Part shown: one piece after another, positions 55,352 to 64,000 of the stretch
How positions within the stretch are numbered: the first letter of the stretch is position 1
Layout: each line of letters starts with the position of its first letter
Origin: a virus
Reading direction: 5' to 3' (one strand)
Length of the DNA stretch: 64,000 bases
Virus record (IMG/VR): IMGVR_UViG_3300009151_003928
Coordinates: 12,059-76,058 of that record
The notes under the pieces: generated by a model
What the model was told of the DNA's origin: nothing
The model's database searches: none
What the model saw: the letters and a program-made list of their open reading frames with translations, nothing else
Program-made: the position numbers and the translations under genes

Positions 55352-56037
55352 AATAACTTAATTATTTCTTGTGCATAGTACTCGTGCGCTTGTGGCCCAG
55401 GGTGTACACCGTCGGGGTCAAACCAATTATTTTCTCGTACAATGGCCTGCAAATCAATTTCATATATGTTGTCCCAATCTAATAGATTATATAAATGGTC
55501 GTATCTATCAAACTGTCTAAATTGTCGTGCAAACGTAAACAAGTACGGTTGGTTAATACTTTTTAAAAATCCTTGCAAGCTAATTACACGCATTAGGTTA
55601 GAATATATTTGTTGCCATCTATCTGTGTATTTGTAATAACCATGAAATGCTTCTTGTAATGCTGTGTCCTTATCCTGGTTAACAAACCCACAGCCAAATA
55701 TCCAGTCTTTTTCTACATAGTCTTGATCATTGACTGGATGTAGTACTTTACTGGGCCAGTCGTTTTGTTCTGATTGATATTTAGAATTGTAAATAGTTCC
55801 TGAAAATAAATTTACGTTAGTTATTTTATAGTCAACTCGATCAAACGGAGACCACATGATAATTACGCGATTGTATGTTCTCTGAGCTAGTTCACTAATG
55901 GTAGTTTCTTGTATGTAACTGTTGCCACACCCAGCTACGCTTAGGTTAACTAAATCACATCCAAGTTGTTTTTGTAGTAGTGTAGGCCAACCGTGCTCAC
56001 CTCTACTAAAACTACTACCATTTACCAGTATATTCAT
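55348..56037 (-). CDS. SGNH/GDSL-like protein
   Basis: NGSSFS, GCGN, MWS...R.D, DGVHP...AH. Confidence 0.7.
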   Translation of the reverse strand: MNILVNGSSFSRGEHGWPTLLQKQLGCDLVNLSVAGCGNSYIQETTISELAQRTYNRVIIMWSPFDRVDYKITNVNLFSGTIYNSKYQSEQNDWPSKVLHPVNDQDYVEKDWIFGCGFVNQDKDTALQEAFHGYYKYTDRWQQIYSNLMRVISLQGFLKSINQPYLFTFARQFRQFDRYDHLYNLLDWDNIYEIDLQAIVRENNWFDPDGVHPGPQAHEYYAQEIIKLL

Positions 56038-56939
56038 TCTCGTACCATTGGTCCTACATTTTTAAATTGACTTTTGTAATGATGCTTAAAGAACTTACTT
56101 TCAGCCGGATCCATATCTACAATAGGTAAACCTAAACGTGTGCGTAACATGTTCCCGATCTCTGTGCAGTTCTCAGGGCGATCATCATTGCAATAGTATT
56201 CATCCCATAATCCTTTTAGAACATCGAAGTCTTGTACTTGTCGATAGTCCCAGTCTTTTAACATAGTCAGATATGTACCAATTCTTGCGCCATATATGGC
56301 ATAAAATCCGTTGTCTGTATCTGCACCAACTGACTGCCAAATACACAAATTATCGTAATTGCGATTATGTACACGTTGTTCAAAGTCTGCCATATTAGGC
56401 TTGGCACCACGATCTAGGCACATCTTAACACCTTCACGGAATCCGGCACGCCATGCTTGAAATGGTGTAGCGTTAGGGTAGGTAGTTGAGTAACAATCAT
56501 TCATTGACCAGTAGTTGGGATAAAAACAAAACTCTACATCGTTTGCCGCTGACCCATCTGTATTTTCATGGGTACGCATATTGTAGATAAACTCTTTAGT
56601 CCAACAGCTCATTCCACCATTGCCGTACATAAGTCCATTTATAGAGTTCCTAGCTTTCCAGCGAAAGACACAGCTTCTATTAGAGTCGGTGAGTTCGAGT
56701 TGTAAATTAAAGAAATCAGGATCAGGGATATTATCTCCGTCAATAAGTACAAAGCGATCAGTATCGCTTGCATCGGCAGCGGCCTTGTGTGCCGCATCAG
56801 ATCCTTTAACACCATCCACACGTCGTGCCCAAGGCACCATGTTTTGAATTTTAATCCAATTGGTTTCTTTATTAGGTTCGTCATAAGTTAAAAAGATGCA
56901 GTCTAGGTCTGCAACGTCAATTATTTGTTTTTCGCTCAT
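56034..56939 (-). CDS. GT-A-like glycosyltransferase
   Basis: DCIFLTYDEP, DGVKG.DAAHKAAA, IDGDN (DxD), WRAGFRE. Confidence 0.7.
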   Translation of the reverse strand: MSEKQIIDVADLDCIFLTYDEPNKETNWIKIQNMVPWARRVDGVKGSDAAHKAAADASDTDRFVLIDGDNIPDPDFFNLQLELTDSNRSCVFRWKARNSINGLMYGNGGMSCWTKEFIYNMRTHENTDGSAANDVEFCFYPNYWSMNDCYSTTYPNATPFQAWRAGFREGVKMCLDRGAKPNMADFEQRVHNRNYDNLCIWQSVGADTDNGFYAIYGARIGTYLTMLKDWDYRQVQDFDVLKGLWDEYYCNDDRPENCTEIGNMLRTRLGLPIVDMDPAESKFFKHHYKSQFKNVGPMVRE

Positions 56940-57267
56940 AGTATTCTATTTCTGTATATGTTTCTGTGGGTAACAATGCCAATGCGGCAATACCTTTTAC
57001 TACCGGTTGTCCTTGTGTGCCGCGTCTTAATCCGGTTTTAAATTGTATTCTTGTATCTATTTTAATTAACTTGTTATCACGTACTCTAAGTAAATGCGTA
57101 TTTGCTTTATAAAATAAATCAGGGTCATCTAAGACAATATAGTTAGTTCCTTCTGGATGTGCATGTTCGGCAAACATAGTAACCATACCTTGTTCATTGT
57201 AGTACAATCGGTATTCTTTAACAGGTGCAGGCTTGTTAATTAAAATATTAAGTTCTTCTGGACTCAT
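56917..57267 (-). CDS. Hypothetical protein
   Basis: EYRLYY motif; overlaps neighbours. Confidence 0.6.
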   Translation of the reverse strand: MSPEELNILINKPAPVKEYRLYYNEQGMVTMFAEHAHPEGTNYIVLDDPDLFYKANTHLLRVRDNKLIKIDTRIQFKTGLRRGTQGQPVVKGIAALALLPTETYTEIEYYERKTNN

Positions 57268-58102
57268 ACCAATCTTTCATTTCTGTAGTCGCAAAATCTT
57301 TTTCGTAATAGTGTAAAGGACTTAATTGATTAATGTTTCCGATTCGGATCATGCCTTGATCAAACTCTTTAAGGTATATGTCAGTTACACGTTCTGTTTC
57401 TTCAAGCCCGTTAATAGCCGGTTTTAAATGTACAAAATTTATAAAGTCCATGCTAGGCATAGTACATACATCTTCGCCAATGAGTCTGGCAGTTATGGCA
57501 TACAATACATCTGTACTTGGTGCATCTTCCCTACAGTTTTTAAGTACATTATCACGTAAATATTCCCAATTGGATGCAATAGTTCTAGCCGTGTCAAAGA
57601 ATTGTTTAGCTTCTCTGCTGAATCTAAAATACATTAGGCCATTATATACATCAGGTAACTTATTATCATCAAACAGTTTGCGATATGTACGTACATGAGA
57701 TCGATGTCCTCGGTAGTCTCGACATCCAGTAGACAATACAATATTTCGTAATCTAAATGCAGTCCACCAGTGCTCAATCGATCGTGTAAACAATAAATCG
57801 CTTTCTAATTTAATTGTTTCTTTAAAAGGTGTAAGATAAAAGACTTGCCATTCATTAGCCAATTTCCAATTACTGGTAGGCTCATTATAATCCATGGGCA
57901 AATCAATGATATAATCAAAAACGCTACGATGAATTTCATTTACCTTTTCCTTTGTTTGTGCATCTACAATTACAGCATACTTGGCTGTCTTCTGTGTAGC
58001 TTTGATGTTTAGTGCTTGTACGTATGCAAGCTCTAAGTAGTCTACTGTGTCGGTATTTTGTGCAAAGGTAACATACCCTTGTTGTTCTTTATGCTGTGAC
58101 AT
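57248..58102 (-). CDS. GT8-like glycosyltransferase
   Basis: DY..LA...A, TPFKETI.LESD, YNG.MYF, STD, FVH.K. Confidence 0.7.
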   Translation of the reverse strand: MSQHKEQQGYVTFAQNTDTVDYLELAYVQALNIKATQKTAKYAVIVDAQTKEKVNEIHRSVFDYIIDLPMDYNEPTSNWKLANEWQVFYLTPFKETIKLESDLLFTRSIEHWWTAFRLRNIVLSTGCRDYRGHRSHVRTYRKLFDDNKLPDVYNGLMYFRFSREAKQFFDTARTIASNWEYLRDNVLKNCREDAPSTDVLYAITARLIGEDVCTMPSMDFINFVHLKPAINGLEETERVTDIYLKEFDQGMIRIGNINQLSPLHYYEKDFATTEMKDWYESRRT

Positions 58103-58880
58103 TGGCTATAAATTTATCGAAGTTTTCACTTTGTAAGTATTTCTTGCTCATTACATGCAAATTCATTTTTGGTATTACGTAAGCGGCATCTCTATCTTTA
58201 ATGATTAGCTTATTATCTCGGGCTTCTATGCTGTCAATGGTTTGTGTTACATTTACCATCCAGCCGGGTATACCAAAATCATTGCGTACCCTGAATCCAT
58301 TTAATATAATATCAGCTATAGCAAAAGCATAATCATTTCTATAGGTTCTATTTGGTATGTTAAACAATTCTCTATAATAACTGTAATTTTCTTGTATACG
58401 TTCTATTAGATTAAAAAACATTTCAGCTTTGGGAGTGCGCCTGAATGCAAATACAGTGGCCCATACATACGGCAAGCTGTGTTTACCCATTAATGGCGGC
58501 ATGTGTTCGTCATTTAATGAACGTGAATGTCTTTGTAACAAATAGTCCCAGGATATATCAAATATGTCTAGCAAACTATCGTCCTGCACTAGATAGTCAA
58601 CATCAATTACTAATGTTTCATCATATGGGCTTAACTTGTACGCACTATTGCGACCAACGTTTTTCCACTCAACAGTTAGACCAGTGTCAACATCGGTGCG
58701 AGTACTAAATCTTGCATACTCGGCAATACTTTCTTCCGTGATAATAGTATACGGTAATCCTAATACCTGTGAGGCAAGCGGAACTGTTTTGTTAGCAATA
58801 GCAACATAATCGGTTGTGCCGGTATTAACAGCAAACGCAACAATGCCTCTAGATTTTTCTGAGTTTTTTAATTTCTGCAT
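58089..58880 (-). CDS. GT8-like glycosyltransferase, paralog of 57248
   Basis: SPYDETLVIDVD (DxD), WATV..F, RND, HVM.K. Confidence 0.7.
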   Translation of the reverse strand: MQKLKNSEKSRGIVAFAVNTGTTDYVAIANKTVPLASQVLGLPYTIITEESIAEYARFSTRTDVDTGLTVEWKNVGRNSAYKLSPYDETLVIDVDYLVQDDSLLDIFDISWDYLLQRHSRSLNDEHMPPLMGKHSLPYVWATVFAFRRTPKAEMFFNLIERIQENYSYYRELFNIPNRTYRNDYAFAIADIILNGFRVRNDFGIPGWMVNVTQTIDSIEARDNKLIIKDRDAAYVIPKMNLHVMSKKYLQSENFDKFIANVTA

Positions 58881-59163
58881 GTTCTTGATGCCACCGGTTC
58901 ATTACTTTATGATAGTGTTGTTGTGCCATTACTAAAAATACTTGCTTGTCTACTTCAATTGGATTATGGTACGTGTCTTCCAGGTACAATTCATCAATTG
59001 GCCAACTTTGTACAAAGGCCAATAGTTCTGGCGTGACCCGGAACAAGCCACCGTTGTGTGCCAAATGTAGATCAGTCAAGATCTTTTCACGTAGTATTTC
59101 TTTATTTGTTTGGTAGTCAGTGGCAAGCCGTACTTGCTCAACAAGTTGATTGATATCGGTCAT
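58849..59163 (-). CDS. Hypothetical protein
   Basis: NGGLF..TPEL..F...D...NPI. Confidence 0.65.
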   Translation of the reverse strand: MTDINQLVEQVRLATDYQTNKEILREKILTDLHLAHNGGLFRVTPELLAFVQSWPIDELYLEDTYHNPIEVDKQVFLVMAQQHYHKVMNRWHQEHAEIKKLRKI

Positions 59164-59175
59164 AGTGTTATATAG

Positions 59176-59211
59176 AAAAAGGGCGTAGTATAGTTTACAC
59201 TACCTACGCCC
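59176..59211 (-). terminator. Intrinsic terminator after the structural genes
   Basis: On - strand GGGCGTAG...CTACGCCC then TTTTT. Confidence 0.85.
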
Positions 59212-59220
59212 GATTGTCAA
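59192..59220 (-). promoter_or_regulatory. Sigma70 promoter embedded in the terminator, facing the tailoring locus
   Basis: TTGACA-17-TAAACT on - strand. Confidence 0.65.
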
Positions 59221-59238
59221 CTAATTTGAATAATTAGA

Positions 59239-60246
59239 TTATACTGTAGCGGCAGCGATAGTAACTGTGCCCCACGAATTAGTTAAGTTGGTTGTTTCTG
59301 GAGGAATAACGTTGATACTTTGGGTAATTGTTACACCAAACGAATCGTCGAAACCAAATGCACCGTTATAGTCAGTACCCGAATTGGATGTAACTGTGGT
59401 CCAGAATGTTACAGATGTTCCGTTGTCAAGTTGTCCACCTTGGAATCCGTTAGTTTTGTATTGGATGTAACCAGTGTCAGCTGTGTAGTTGGTTACAGTA
59501 CTTGTCATGGTCACTAAAGTAACGTTACTAGTAGGCATTGTTGGGTTTGCTGTCCAATAACCTTTGGCAGTATCGTTAGTTCCTAATGTACCACCAGAAC
59601 CAGTGCGTCCGCCGTTTGTGTTAGCACCAAAGGTAGCAACACCAGCCATGAAGCCTAACATACTAACAATTTCATTGGTACGAGCAGTTGTACTTGAAAG
59701 TTGTGCGCCGCTTACGTTGTAAGTTAACTGACCGCCTGCATTAAAGAAATAACGTGCTTGGTCTGCGCTGGCAAAAGTTGCAGTTAATCCAACGCTACGT
59801 GTAAGTGATGTACGTGCAGTAGCAGAGCTTGGAGGATTTGATCCAGGGTTACTAATACTTGCCGACCAAGTTGCAGTAATAGCCGAACCATTAATTGTAG
59901 TTCCGCGAGTAGCTGTAGTTAATGCATTACTGTATGCTGTTGTAATTGCGCCAGTTAGTGTACCTAAATATGAAATTGTGTTACCAGTAGTTGGTAATGT
60001 GATACCAGTGCCGCTACCGCTTTGATGAACAAGCATACTGTTTACAGTACCAATCAAGGTCGACCATTGTGTAGCTGTAACTGTTGCCGCGGCACTGACT
60101 GTACTTAATGCAGTTTGACCGTATCCACGTGGACCGTTACCTACTGCCCATGTGGTGTTAATAGTGTTAATAGTACTACTAGGACTAGAACCAATTAAAG
60201 TATTGTAGTCAGAAGCCTGTACAAGGCCGTATTGTGCATAACTCAT
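59239..60246 (-). CDS. Virion structural protein (Thr/Ser/Gly-rich)
   Basis: GYGQ, ARYFFNAGG; late promoter upstream; next to fibre genes. Confidence 0.7.
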   Translation of the reverse strand: MSYAQYGLVQASDYNTLIGSSPSSTINTINTTWAVGNGPRGYGQTALSTVSAAATVTATQWSTLIGTVNSMLVHQSGSGTGITLPTTGNTISYLGTLTGAITTAYSNALTTATRGTTINGSAITATWSASISNPGSNPPSSATARTSLTRSVGLTATFASADQARYFFNAGGQLTYNVSGAQLSSTTARTNEIVSMLGFMAGVATFGANTNGGRTGSGGTLGTNDTAKGYWTANPTMPTSNVTLVTMTSTVTNYTADTGYIQYKTNGFQGGQLDNGTSVTFWTTVTSNSGTDYNGAFGFDDSFGVTITQSINVIPPETTNLTNSWGTVTIAAATV

Positions 60247-60275
60247 AAATTTACAATCCTATTTTTTATATAAAG

Positions 60276-60283
60276 TATTTATC
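60276..60283 (-). promoter_or_regulatory. T4-like late promoter
   Basis: GATAAATA on - strand in intergenic gap. Confidence 0.65.
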
Positions 60284-60296
60284 GCTAAACCACTTT

Positions 60297-62312
60297 TTAT
60301 GATATTTTATTCTTCAAATCATTAACTTCTGCACGTAACTCTTTGATAGCTTCAATAATTAACGGAGCAAAACGCTCGTATTGTACAGTTAGGTACTTGT
60401 CATCGATTGGTGCAGGCTTAACAATCTCGGGTGCTACTAGTTGTGTTTTTTGGGCACTAATACCCATTTCACGCTGAACTGTATAACCTAAATCTTGTGC
60501 AGTTTGATTGGCTTCATAATAGAACCCTTCTAAGCTACATAATTTGTCTAGAGCATTTTCAATTTTTCCTAGACGAGTTTTTAATCTATCATCAGAATAG
60601 TAAGCAACAATGTTGTCTGTGGCACGAATTATACCGGCACGTAATTCGCCTGTGGTTGCTGTTGCCGCAACACCAATTCCTAGACTGTTTACTTGGAAGT
60701 TGGCGCCGGTATGTATATTCTGTGGTGTGGCCAATGTTGGTGCGTTTTGTGCGCCAGTAACAAGAATTTGATTTGCCGTGCCGTTGACACCAACGACCGG
60801 GCTACCAGTAAATCCAATTGTAACTGTTCCACCCGGTACCATTGTGCCAGTTACTGAAATTCCTGTGCCGCCTACCATGTTGATATTGCCGCCGGAAACC
60901 AATGCGGTATTTGGAATATTAGTAAAGTTTGCGCCACGTAATGTTGGGCTAGAGTTTGCGGCAACGTTCTGATTTAACAAGATATTTGTTGTTGCAACAA
61001 TGGTATTAGCACCGTTATTGACACCGGTTCCGCCATAATATGGTTGAACGATTGTACCGCTCCATGCACCGGAAGTAATATTTCCAATTGAAACTAGGCC
61101 CGTTGCAGAAGTAATGCCAGGTTGTGCGGATGTATTCAGTGTACCAGTTAGTACCGTTGCTGTATTACCAATTTGTGCGGCTAATACTGTTGGTGTAATA
61201 ACATAGTTACTAGCAGATAAATTACCAGTAATTATTACGCTACCGTTGGCAGTAGTAGTACCAGCAGTAGATAGCGTTGTAAACGCACCTGTATTGGGTG
61301 TAGCATTACCAATTGGGGTACTGTTAATACTTGAGAATGCAACTGCTCCGCCCTGTGTGGCAATTTCAGCATTGTTATAATATGCACGACCAGTAATAAC
61401 GGTATTTCCTGTTGCATTTAAATTTTGCACTACACCAAGTGTGGTAATATTTGGTTGATACGCTGTAACTATTGTACCTTGGTAACTGGTAGCAAGGAAC
61501 GCTGGTGCAGAAACAGAACTGGTTGCTGAAACCGTTGTTGCCAATACGTTACCGTACAGGTTACCAGTAAAGGAACCATTTAAGTTTGTTGCATTTACTG
61601 TACTTGCGGCTACAGTTGTGGCATTTAATGTTACTGCATTGACTCCGCCAGTGGCATCACGTTGAACTAATGTATTGTTTGTTGGGTTTACATCTTGTGT
61701 ATTTAAACCCCATACCGGACTTGCCTGGGTACTAAAATTAATACCAGCGCGGATAATTGGGAAGCCGTACAATGAACTTGCAAAAGCGTCTTTGGATATA
61801 ATAGCGTAGATTGTTTTGTTAAAAACAATTTGAATTACAACGTGGCTGGCGCCGGAGGTGTCTGTCATTATTTCTGGGAGAGCACCAGTAATGCCGGTAG
61901 CTGGAGTTGATACTGGGCCAACTGTGATCCAGTTTGAACCAGACCATACGTTTAACTGACTGTTGGTGGTGTCAAACCATAAGTCACCACCCAATGAACT
62001 GGTGTCTGCCGGTGGGTTGTTGTGTGTGGCACTGGTAGCACCTGTAGAAATCTTCCAAGATACACCAGTATAAACTCGTAAAATTTTATTATTTGAATCC
62101 CACCATAGTTGTCCTTGTATAGGATTTGGCGGACTTGCTTGGTTAGAGAAATTCTCTAACATGTGAACCAAGTTATCGTTTAAAAAGGTTCCGTAGTTGG
62201 CATAGTTTTTTCCAATTAATATAATACTACTGTGCGAATTGTCAACTGTGCCGTCGGACAGCCCGCCTGGGACCAGACTTGAGCCATTAGTTAGATTAAT
62301 TGTATACGGCAT
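60297..62312 (-). CDS. Tail fibre protein with C-terminal intramolecular chaperone (peptidase S74-like)
   Basis: N-terminal GKNY..YG...LENF...GQLWWD; YSDDRLK cleavage motif, G.SAQ, LIIEAIKEL coiled coil. Confidence 0.88.
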   Translation of the reverse strand: MPYTINLTNGSSLVPGGLSDGTVDNSHSSIILIGKNYANYGTFLNDNLVHMLENFSNQASPPNPIQGQLWWDSNNKILRVYTGVSWKISTGATSATHNNPPADTSSLGGDLWFDTTNSQLNVWSGSNWITVGPVSTPATGITGALPEIMTDTSGASHVVIQIVFNKTIYAIISKDAFASSLYGFPIIRAGINFSTQASPVWGLNTQDVNPTNNTLVQRDATGGVNAVTLNATTVAASTVNATNLNGSFTGNLYGNVLATTVSATSSVSAPAFLATSYQGTIVTAYQPNITTLGVVQNLNATGNTVITGRAYYNNAEIATQGGAVAFSSINSTPIGNATPNTGAFTTLSTAGTTTANGSVIITGNLSASNYVITPTVLAAQIGNTATVLTGTLNTSAQPGITSATGLVSIGNITSGAWSGTIVQPYYGGTGVNNGANTIVATTNILLNQNVAANSSPTLRGANFTNIPNTALVSGGNINMVGGTGISVTGTMVPGGTVTIGFTGSPVVGVNGTANQILVTGAQNAPTLATPQNIHTGANFQVNSLGIGVAATATTGELRAGIIRATDNIVAYYSDDRLKTRLGKIENALDKLCSLEGFYYEANQTAQDLGYTVQREMGISAQKTQLVAPEIVKPAPIDDKYLTVQYERFAPLIIEAIKELRAEVNDLKNKIS

Positions 62313-62336
62313 TTAAAGAACCTTGATTAGTTGTTA

Positions 62337-62344
62337 TATTTATC
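62337..62344 (-). promoter_or_regulatory. T4-like late promoter
   Basis: GATAAATA on - strand in intergenic gap. Confidence 0.65.
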
Positions 62345-62350
62345 ACGTTT

Positions 62351-64000
62351 TTAGAACATCTTTTGTATGTAACACAATGCGTAGTATGGTGGCAATATAC
62401 CAAAACTTTGTCCTGATCCTGTTGCACCTATATTACCTGTAACAGTCAATGAGTGATTGTGTGTTGCGGCCTGTGCTAGACTGATATTTGTTACTGCACT
62501 CTGCGTTGTTGTAATCAAAGCACTTTGACTACCGTCGTTTCTACCAGTTTGTCCTGAATTTGTTGCAGTTTGATACCCCGGAGACATTGCGTGAGCATGT
62601 CCTGGATCAATAACTGTATGATTATGTGCGCCGCCTTGGTCGGTTGCACCAGTTAATGTTGCCAAGTGCGTATGGGAAGGTAAATTTCCAGTTGTTAATG
62701 TCACTGATGTTGTACCACCAACGTTGCCCGGTGTGTTCCATGTGCCCAATGTGGCTGTTGCGCCAACTATAAATTGACCTTGTAAATTTGGAGTTCCATT
62801 GCTTCCATCGCATAACTGCCACCCTGTTGGGATAGTTGCATAAGAACTGTTCCACATCACAATCATTCCGCGTGGGAATACACCCTGTACAAAGGCTGTG
62901 GTTGCAGTAGCAGTACTACTGTCAAAATACACTTTGGTAGTTGCTGTAGAATTTATTAAGTTAGCATTGGTAAATGTATTGTTTAATCCACTTACGTTAG
63001 ATACGTTTCCACCGCTTACTGTTACGTTAGACGATGCAAAATTTGTTATGTTGCCGTTGGTCGATGTTAAGTTTGTTAAACTAGTTGCGCTACCACCAGC
63101 AATTAATACATTACCAGTTGCAAGATTTGTAGTTTGCACAGAAACTGCAGAAAATCCGCCAATATTGTTTATGCTACCGCCGGATATTAATACGTTACCG
63201 GCACTGAAATTTGTAAATGTACCGCTTGTTGCTGACAATGCGGTTGCGTTAGTGTGACTACCATTAATTAATTGAGCATTGCCACTAATAAAATTAGTTG
63301 CTGTTAAATTAGTTACGCTTAGACTTGCTAGTCCAGCAATGGTTCCGCCTGCTACTACAAGATTTGATACACTTAAATTAGTAGCGGCTAATGTTGTTGT
63401 AGCAAGATTTGTTAATGTTGCATTGTTAGATGTTAAACTAGATAATCCAGTTACATTTCCGCCAGTTACTGAAGCATTACTAGAAGTTAAATTAGTAATA
63501 CGTCCGTTTGTAGAAATAACATCGCCATTTAATGTACCAGTTACCGTTGTAGCTGTCACGTTACCAGTTAAATTGCCTGCAACATTGCCAATTACATTGC
63601 CTGTAACATTGCCAATTACATTGCCTGTAACATTACCTATAACACTACCAGTTAATGAACCAACTACATTTGAATTAAATGTCGGCCCTGTTATAGAACT
63701 ATTAAGTGTAATACCAGGATTAATATATGTAAACCCAGACATTGTGGGACTTGGCAAAAATGGTAAATCGGTGCTAAATGTAGCAACAATAGTATTGCCA
63801 AACTGTAATTGTAGTATATTGTGTGTTACGCCACTGATACTACCATCAGCTACTGTGGCAGGGATTGCTCCACTAACGCCTTGTAATTTTGTATATGCTG
63901 GGCCAACTAAATCAAATATACCAGCTGAAGAAATATACAACTGATTGGTGCTGTTATTAAAGAAAACATCGCCATCTTTTTGTGTAACCGGAAAGCTACT
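62351..64000 (-). CDS. Tail fibre / baseplate fibre with collar domain (5' end outside window)
   Basis: Frame open to 64000; IPTGWQLCDGSNGTPNL.G.FIVGA collar, HxH motifs, PPYYALCYI.K end. Confidence 0.88.
   Translation of the reverse strand, partial: SSFPVTQKDGDVFFNNSTNQLYISSAGIFDLVGPAYTKLQGVSGAIPATVADGSISGVTHNILQLQFGNTIVATFSTDLPFLPSPTMSGFTYINPGITLNSSITGPTFNSNVVGSLTGSVIGNVTGNVIGNVTGNVIGNVAGNLTGNVTATTVTGTLNGDVISTNGRITNLTSSNASVTGGNVTGLSSLTSNNATLTNLATTTLAATNLSVSNLVVAGGTIAGLASLSVTNLTATNFISGNAQLINGSHTNATALSATSGTFTNFSAGNVLISGGSINNIGGFSAVSVQTTNLATGNVLIAGGSATSLTNLTSTNGNITNFASSNVTVSGGNVSNVSGLNNTFTNANLINSTATTKVYFDSSTATATTAFVQGVFPRGMIVMWNSSYATIPTGWQLCDGSNGTPNLQGQFIVGATATLGTWNTPGNVGGTTSVTLTTGNLPSHTHLATLTGATDQGGAHNHTVIDPGHAHAMSPGYQTATNSGQTGRNDGSQSALITTTQSAVTNISLAQAATHNHSLTVTGNIGATGSGQSFGILPPYYALCYIQKMF
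63581..63628. repeat. Perfect 24-bp tandem duplication within GNV[T/I] tetrapeptide repeats
   Basis: aacattgccaattacattgcctgt x2. Confidence 0.9.

Noticed and set aside
63279-63944. 221-aa + strand ORF with PVTL/PITL repeats
   Set aside because: Antisense shadow of the repetitive tail fibre gene; no SD or independent features.
1-64000. CRISPR array, tRNA/rRNA genes, integrase or transposase, reverse transcriptase/DGR
   Set aside because: Intergenic gaps are short, and no regularly spaced repeats, cloverleafs or relevant motifs were seen by eye.
1-64000. Stop-codon reassignment
   Set aside because: Genes tile densely and known enzymes are full length in the standard code, with TAA, TGA and TAG all used as stops.

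Overview
A 64-kb fragment of a large lytic tailed dsDNA phage. It has T4-like late promoters, a T4 RNase H-type nuclease and tail fibre genes, and is densely coded in the standard code. Bases 1-35.7 kb run on the + strand and carry nucleotide and DNA-modification genes (folE, queD, queE, a PRTase, a MazG-like protein, galE, folA, thyA), a redox/membrane-stress trio, a lipoprotein with a predicted beta-barrel end, a ParB-like/HNH cassette, a MoxR/vWA pair and many small early genes. Bases 35.7-64 kb run almost entirely on the - strand: tail fibre and structural genes followed by a ~27-kb tailoring locus (32.1-59.2 kb). That locus holds glycosyltransferase-like families, seven tandem radical SAM enzymes, SGNH proteins, a carbamoyltransferase with an unannotated 33-aa SxtK-like micro-ORF, an APS kinase/nucleotidyltransferase fusion and a convergent amino-sugar pathway, and is best read as a virion glycan hypermodification system (inference). 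Non-coding highlights: a preQ1-I-like pseudoknot plus an RBS-occluding hairpin upstream of queD, a TGT-N12-ACA dyad repeated at four early promoters, two divergent genes sharing one CATG, leaderless mRNAs and a terminator overlapping a promoter. All family names come from motif recognition by eye; no database search was run.
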